From: an uncultured virus (IMG/VR IMGVR_UViG_3300046501_000595)
Lineage: Duplodnaviria; Heunggongvirae; Uroviricota; Caudoviricetes
Virus record (IMG/VR): IMGVR_UViG_3300046501_000595
Reading direction: 5' to 3' (one strand)
Length of the DNA stretch: 64,000 nucleotides
Shown in pieces: positions 59,278 through 64,000 of this stretch. Within the stretch, counting starts at the first letter, position 1; each line of letters starts with the position of its first letter. A model generated the notes under the pieces. It did no database searches and was not told the DNA's origin. It saw nothing but the letters and a program-made list of their open reading frames with translations. The position numbers were made by a program, and so were the translations under genes.

Positions 59278-59589
59278 ATGCCACCGAATCAACACAATGC
59301 AGCTGTACGTCTGGAAAGCCACAGCATCGGGATCGCTCTCGATCCGGAGTGCAAGCCGGTCTGCCTGATTCTGAGCTACGACACGCTTGAGATGTGCGCA
59401 GAGATTGCCTTCAGGGGCCGCACTGCACAAATCGATGAAGGTGACCTGCTGATTCACTCCCCTGTCGGGAGCATGCGCATGGTCAATGTTGGCCAGGCGG
59501 TCATCGATGCCGGTGAGCTGAAGCTCCCCATCGTGGTGCTTGATCCCCAGAACGAACGCGAAACTCAGATCGACGTCTGGGTCAGCTAA
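59278..59589 (+). CDS. Hypothetical protein
   Basis: AGGGG RBS; about 103 aa. Confidence 0.6.
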   Translation: MPPNQHNAAVRLESHSIGIALDPECKPVCLILSYDTLEMCAEIAFRGRTAQIDEGDLLIHSPVGSMRMVNVGQAVIDAGELKLPIVVLDPQNERETQIDVWVS

Positions 59590-59639
59590 TGACCCGCAAC
59601 ACATAATAACAATTGTCGCTCGAGCGACAGGGAAGAAAT

Positions 59640-60401
59640 ATGAACAACTGGAAGTCGTCGTTGCTGGACAAGCTAAACGTTGGATCGGTGACGTCTTCTG
59701 AACGCGGCCCAGGCGGGCTCGTGAAAGGAATGATTCTCGCCGCCACTGTTGCAGTTGGTGTCGGAGCTATGAGCCCAAATGCGTATGGGGATGAGATCAA
59801 GAAGCCAGAGCCAACTGGATTCGCCAAAATCTGGAAAAGTGTCGTGCACGTTGATGACCTGATCCTCGATCCACTCCGCGAAAAAGCATTCGGCGCCGTC
59901 TTTAGCGAAGAGCGATTGGAAGCCGCGCAAGCCAATGCGGAATATATCGACAACAGCCCAATTTCAACAGGCATACACACATTGGGTCTTGCCACAACTG
60001 CACTGGCTGCGGCGGCGGCAGCTCCTGCGATGGGCGCCTGGATGATAGTTAAACAGGCTGATGACACGTACGAGTTCATTCAGGATAAGCAGTACGAGAA
60101 TGTTAACCTGAAAATGGCCGAGGTCTCGGAACGCACCCAGAGTATTTATGACGCTGAGGTAGCGAAAATACGGGACGCTGATCCGGCTTATCAGCAAATG
60201 CTTGCGGATCGCCAGGCGATGGACGATCAATACACAGCGGCTGTGGCGGAGTATGAAGGGTCGAGATCCGAGTCAGATCTCGAGCAGACCAGCGCAATCG
60301 CAGCATCCGCTGACCTGCCCACGTCCACAGCTAACCTCGACGCCCTGTTTCCGAAGGAAAAGGCTGTTGAGCACGACAGAAGCAGCGAGTTGTCACGCTG
60401 A
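59640..60401 (+). CDS. Membrane-associated hypothetical protein
   Basis: Two hydrophobic Ala/Gly-rich segments; tail HDRSSELSR. Confidence 0.7.
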   Translation: MNNWKSSLLDKLNVGSVTSSERGPGGLVKGMILAATVAVGVGAMSPNAYGDEIKKPEPTGFAKIWKSVVHVDDLILDPLREKAFGAVFSEERLEAAQANAEYIDNSPISTGIHTLGLATTALAAAAAAPAMGAWMIVKQADDTYEFIQDKQYENVNLKMAEVSERTQSIYDAEVAKIRDADPAYQQMLADRQAMDDQYTAAVAEYEGSRSESDLEQTSAIAASADLPTSTANLDALFPKEKAVEHDRSSELSR

Positions 60402-60783
60402 TCACCAGAAGCCGGCATACCTCCTGTGCCGGCAACTCCCCTTTCCTGACCGACACCAGATAGCCGTCAGAGACGAAAGTCGACCCGCCCAGTACCTCAC
60501 GAAACTTTCTACCGCCGTGCTCAATCCCGTGGAGTGCGAGATACTTCACCAGGTCTTTCCAGCTGATTGTCAAACCACTGGTATGCGACCCCCTGGTTAA
60601 GGTGAAACGATCCTCCTCGGCATAGCCAAAATCCCCAGCCTTAGGAGAAGTCGGAAATTCCGACTTTTTGCACAAAGTCAATAAACTGCTGATTTTATTG
60701 ATTAATTTCATTGAGTGGCTCCTAGCGATTGATTTGGTCACAAAAATGGCCAGCAAGGCTGGCCATGTCCTGGATTGCTGTAG

Positions 60784-61320
60784 TTACTTGCGCGGGATCT
60801 TGCTCAAGAGGTTGTTCAAGAGCTTGATGAATGGGTTGCTCGGCGCAGCCGGGATGTGAAGCCTGTCCGGCTGATCTTCATCGTGGTAGTCATCCGCTGC
60901 CGAGATGAACTCATTGCTGCCCTGGAGCGTGGTGTAGCCCAGATCAACTGCCTGGCGCCGCAGGAAGGATGTGAAATCGTGCAGATCAATACCCTCCTCC
61001 GGTTTCGGCCAGGCCGAGCTAAGGAAAAAGTGAGCGACCACAAACTGGAGCTCACTGTGCACAGATGGCTCGTCCGCACCCATCACCGCCAGGAGAATTC
61101 TGGCCCGTGGGTAGAATCGAAGAATATCCACCATCTGCTCGCCGGTCAGGCGGATAGATGTCAGCTTGGACAGGTACGTCGCTGCCTGGTCTGCCTGTTC
61201 CGTGCTCGGGTGTTTGTCGAGGTTGGCCAGATAGAATTTCTGGAAGTGCAGATGCAGATCGAGCTTCTGAGGATCTTCGGCGGCGTGCTTCAAGACGTCA
61301 TTCGGGGTTTCGATTTTCAT
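60784..61320 (-). CDS. Hypothetical protein (paralog family A)
   Basis: FYPRAR...VAHFFLSSAWP...FLRRQAVDLGY. Confidence 0.75.
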   Translation of the reverse strand: MKIETPNDVLKHAAEDPQKLDLHLHFQKFYLANLDKHPSTEQADQAATYLSKLTSIRLTGEQMVDILRFYPRARILLAVMGADEPSVHSELQFVVAHFFLSSAWPKPEEGIDLHDFTSFLRRQAVDLGYTTLQGSNEFISAADDYHDEDQPDRLHIPAAPSNPFIKLLNNLLSKIPRK

Positions 61321-61343
61321 GAGTTGTCTCCCGGTTCCCGGCG

Positions 61344-61775
61344 TCAGTCTGAAGGTGGAGTGAGTTTGTAGCCGAGCTTCTGAGCTTGGCGCTCCAGCAG
61401 CACCTGGAATTCAGCGATATCGACGTTGTCCCCGTAGTTCGGCCAGCTTGAGCCGAGCAGGTAGTGAGCAAGGACGCCCGCGAAGGAATCCCGCGTCATC
61501 GTGTCCCGCAACGAGTGGACAGCAATGTCGATTCTCTCTGTTGGATACAGCTCCAGGATGAGACTGATCTGCTCCTCAGAAAAGTCTACGCCGCATACAT
61601 CGCGGGCATACTGAGTCGCATCAGCCAAAGCAGCTGGAGTAAGCAGAACATCGAAATTGAGGTTGTTGTGCTCCCTGCCGGCCCGGATGTTGCTCAGCAG
61701 GAATTCGGTATCGGCCTTCGGGTTGCCGTTCTTGTCAAACTGCCGCACAGCAGTTTCAGCGGTCATGATGAACAT
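61344..61775 (-). CDS. Hypothetical protein (paralog family A)
   Basis: LYPTER...LAHYLLGSSWP...LLERQAQKLGY. Confidence 0.75.
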   Translation of the reverse strand: MFIMTAETAVRQFDKNGNPKADTEFLLSNIRAGREHNNLNFDVLLTPAALADATQYARDVCGVDFSEEQISLILELYPTERIDIAVHSLRDTMTRDSFAGVLAHYLLGSSWPNYGDNVDIAEFQVLLERQAQKLGYKLTPPSD

Positions 61776-61804
61776 GGTGAACCTCTGTTTTAGTTTTTAT
61801 GGTT

Positions 61805-62119
61805 TCAACGCACGCGATCAACAGCACGCTCGAATGACCACCAGGGCTCAACCCCGGTCATTCCGTGGCGGTAGCGGCTCAATAGGCTCCATCCGCGCAA
61901 AGCCAGCACCAAGCCTACGAGCTGAATGGCCAGGCCGCTCCAGCGCAGCCAGCTTTGGATGCAAATCAGGGCCTCGGCACCTAGGTAGAGAAATAACCAG
62001 CCAAAGACCAGATCCAGCGCGATGATGATCTTGATGCACTTGGTTTCGGAGAGGTTCCGGGCTTCGGCCAGCACGCGGGCCGGCGCACCTTTGATGTCTG
62101 GGATATTCATGATGCTCAA
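61805..62119 (-). CDS. Small membrane protein
   Basis: Two hydrophobic segments. Confidence 0.55.
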   Translation of the reverse strand: MSIMNIPDIKGAPARVLAEARNLSETKCIKIIIALDLVFGWLFLYLGAEALICIQSWLRWSGLAIQLVGLVLALRGWSLLSRYRHGMTGVEPWWSFERAVDRVR

Positions 62120-62388
62120 GTAAACCTGATGTCACGTGGGTAGAAAGACTCACAGGGCTCGCCAGCGATGATTTTTTTCAAGCGCAGGGCGATGGGAGCC
62201 AGTCGATAGTAAAAGCTGACTGAGAGCTCCGTGCGAAGCCAGAAGGCAGACTCTACCGTCTCTCGCAGGACGTGCCCTATCGTTCCGACATTGCAAGGCA
62301 ATGGATTGAGACGATCTCCATGCTCGGCTACGAAGTCGTTGTACCCAGGGGGAGGTCGGAGCAGAGAGCCAGGTAGTGGTGCAGCCAT
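62116..62388 (-). CDS. Hypothetical protein
   Basis: Start trimmed to MAAPL; coupled to the next ORF. Confidence 0.45.
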   Translation of the reverse strand: MAAPLPGSLLRPPPGYNDFVAEHGDRLNPLPCNVGTIGHVLRETVESAFWLRTELSVSFYYRLAPIALRLKKIIAGEPCESFYPRDIRFT

Positions 62389-62521
62389 CGGGGATTCAGT
62401 CAATTTATGCGAAATGTTGGCGGAGGATAAACGATTTGCGGTGCTGGGACAATTTGGCGTCAGCTTCTCAAAAACTCGATGGCCAGGGATCAGCCCTGGC
62501 CACCCCACCGCCCTACTCGAT

Positions 62522-63301
62522 CTATGGCTGAGGATCATTCTCTGGAGGTGCTTTCGTGCGACCTTGGGAGAGGATCTGATCGATAGACCCTGGTTCAGAA
62601 TGGATATCGTCCGAGTAGAGCTTTTTGAAAGCATCAGAACCTATGATCGTGGGAGGGATTTGCATATCCAGCGAGATTTTCCGCTGGGCAAGGAAGATCA
62701 ATTTCCCAAGTGCCTTACAATCAGGATCCTCAAGAGACTCTATGCAAGCTCGCTTCATGGATTCAGGCGATGTGCCTGACCAATCTATTGCATAACCATG
62801 CTCTTGTGCGAGAAGTCGTAGCAGCTGCCGTTGAGTTCTACCGTTACCCTCTCTGAATGGGTGAGCCTGGTTTACAAGGCCGAGGTAAATACCGGCAGCT
62901 GAAGAAAACTCCTTTTCGGAGTCGATCTTTTGAACAACTAAACCGCTGGATTTAAGGTACTTTGACATGTTCCAAAAATCATCAGCGATTTTTGAAACAG
63001 TCGTAAACTCAGTTCCGCCCTTCGAAATATCAACGGCTCTTAGCTGCCCAGCCCAAGGATAAACATCCTGGAACAAATGGTGATGAATTTTCTGCGCGTG
63101 CTCAAGGTCAAGCAAGCCATAAATAGGGCTATCCCGGAGTTCAATCCCACGCCAGCCGCTAAACTGACTTTCCATTTCGCTGAGTTCAGTGGTATTGCGG
63201 ATATTGAAATTGTTTATCAAGACACCATTGTCATAGACGTGTGGATCGTCCTCAATGGAATGTCCGCCATAATACTCGTGGTCATCATGGCTCGAGGTCA
63301 T
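62522..63301 (-). CDS. Fic-domain AMP transferase (FicT/VbhT-like toxin)
   Basis: Canonical HPFREGNGRTQR; LFQDVYPWAGQLR.V.ISKG. Confidence 0.93.
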   Translation of the reverse strand: MTSSHDDHEYYGGHSIEDDPHVYDNGVLINNFNIRNTTELSEMESQFSGWRGIELRDSPIYGLLDLEHAQKIHHHLFQDVYPWAGQLRAVDISKGGTEFTTVSKIADDFWNMSKYLKSSGLVVQKIDSEKEFSSAAGIYLGLVNQAHPFREGNGRTQRQLLRLLAQEHGYAIDWSGTSPESMKRACIESLEDPDCKALGKLIFLAQRKISLDMQIPPTIIGSDAFKKLYSDDIHSEPGSIDQILSQGRTKAPPENDPQP

Positions 63302-63476
63302 AGTACTCTCGCGTTTTCTTCAGCGCCTGTTCTATTGTCAGCTGACCAGAAACGTACTTCTCCGTGAGGCTACGCATAAGCGGAGTCTCTTTGATTCCTT
63401 CCAGTGCAGCAGAACCTCGCTCTTCTCTTACAGCCTGCCGACGACTTTCTACAGTACTTGGATTGATCCTATTCAT
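63285..63476 (-). CDS. VbhA/FicA-like antitoxin
   Basis: SAALEG matches the (S/T)xxxE(G/N) inhibitory motif; YVSGQLT; overlaps the Fic start. Confidence 0.88.
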   Translation of the reverse strand: MNRINPSTVESRRQAVREERGSAALEGIKETPLMRSLTEKYVSGQLTIEQALKKTREYYDLEP

Positions 63477-63788
63477 AGTGCTAATCCCAAAAGACACGTC
63501 AAACACCCTATTAGCACTCCTTGATGATCAGGTCAAGAAATGCAGTCCGTCCTGGGTAGTTTACTTCATGTCTAATTAGGGAGTCACGCGGAGCGAAAAA
63601 CTCCTTAGGTACGACTTCATGAGTATTGTTTATCTGCTTGTTTTTAAAGGGTTTTCATTTTTGGCATAAACCTGATGTAAAGTATCACCAGACTAGAAGC
63701 ATCGCTTATAAGCTGTTGATTTATAATGATTATACGATATTTTCTTCAGCCCTCCGATACGAGGGTAAAGCACCCCAGATTTCACGCA

Positions 63789-63812
63789 GAAACGCCCTTT
63801 TCAGGGCGTTTC
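63789..63812. terminator. Terminator hairpin
   Basis: GAAACGCCCT-TTTC-AGGGCGTTTC. Confidence 0.65.
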
Positions 63813-63852
63813 CAGGGGCACATTCAGCGGCCATTTACTGGCCGGCGTGCGG

Positions 63853-64000
63853 TTACAGCGCCAGGGAGGCCTTCAGGCACTCCTCCAGTTCAACCAGGCT
63901 GGCGCTGTCCGGGGCGAACCTGGCGAACTGCACCGGCACCGGCTTGCTCGCGAAATCCTCGTTCTTGGCCAGGAAGTTCACCAGGGATCCATGCAGGCCC
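63853..64000 (-). CDS. Partial CDS (3' end), GC-rich codons
   Basis: ...GLHGSLVNFLAKNEDFASKPVPVQFARFAPDSASLVELEECLKASLAL*. Confidence 0.6.
   Translation of the reverse strand, partial: GLHGSLVNFLAKNEDFASKPVPVQFARFAPDSASLVELEECLKASLAL

Noticed and set aside
60331..60756. Minus-strand ORF MKLINK...
   Set aside because: Overlaps the 3' end of 59640-60401 and has no motif; possibly real but unsupported
1..64000. CRISPR array, tRNA/rRNA, integron attC array or prophage structural module
   Set aside because: No regularly spaced repeats, cloverleafs or virion genes were seen by eye; a tool-based scan was not possible

Overview
Gene-dense window that reads like the accessory backbone of a Pseudomonas-type megaplasmid or other large mobile replicon (inference; no rep, tra or phage structural genes are visible). 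Chromosome-like genes (parE-parC, PIN-PhoH, yccF, LapG-like, AmrZ/Arc-like) sit among about 60 short hypothetical genes, several forming dispersed paralog families. A complete tnpB-only IS200/IS605 element (36262-37916) splits a gene that can be rejoined in frame. A VbhA/Fic antitoxin-toxin pair lies at the right end. The main unexplained pattern is a shared C-terminal tail (basic patch, D/E, [G/S]P[S/T], hydrophobic end) on 8-12 unrelated proteins, many of them host-modifying enzyme folds (ART-like, GNAT, ParB-like, ATP-grasp, Fic, Ntn, papain-like). This suggests a secretion-tagged effector repertoire. Three to five stand-alone promoter-to-terminator units look like unannotated sRNAs. No CRISPR array, tRNA or rRNA was seen. 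Family names come from motif recognition by eye, not from database searches.
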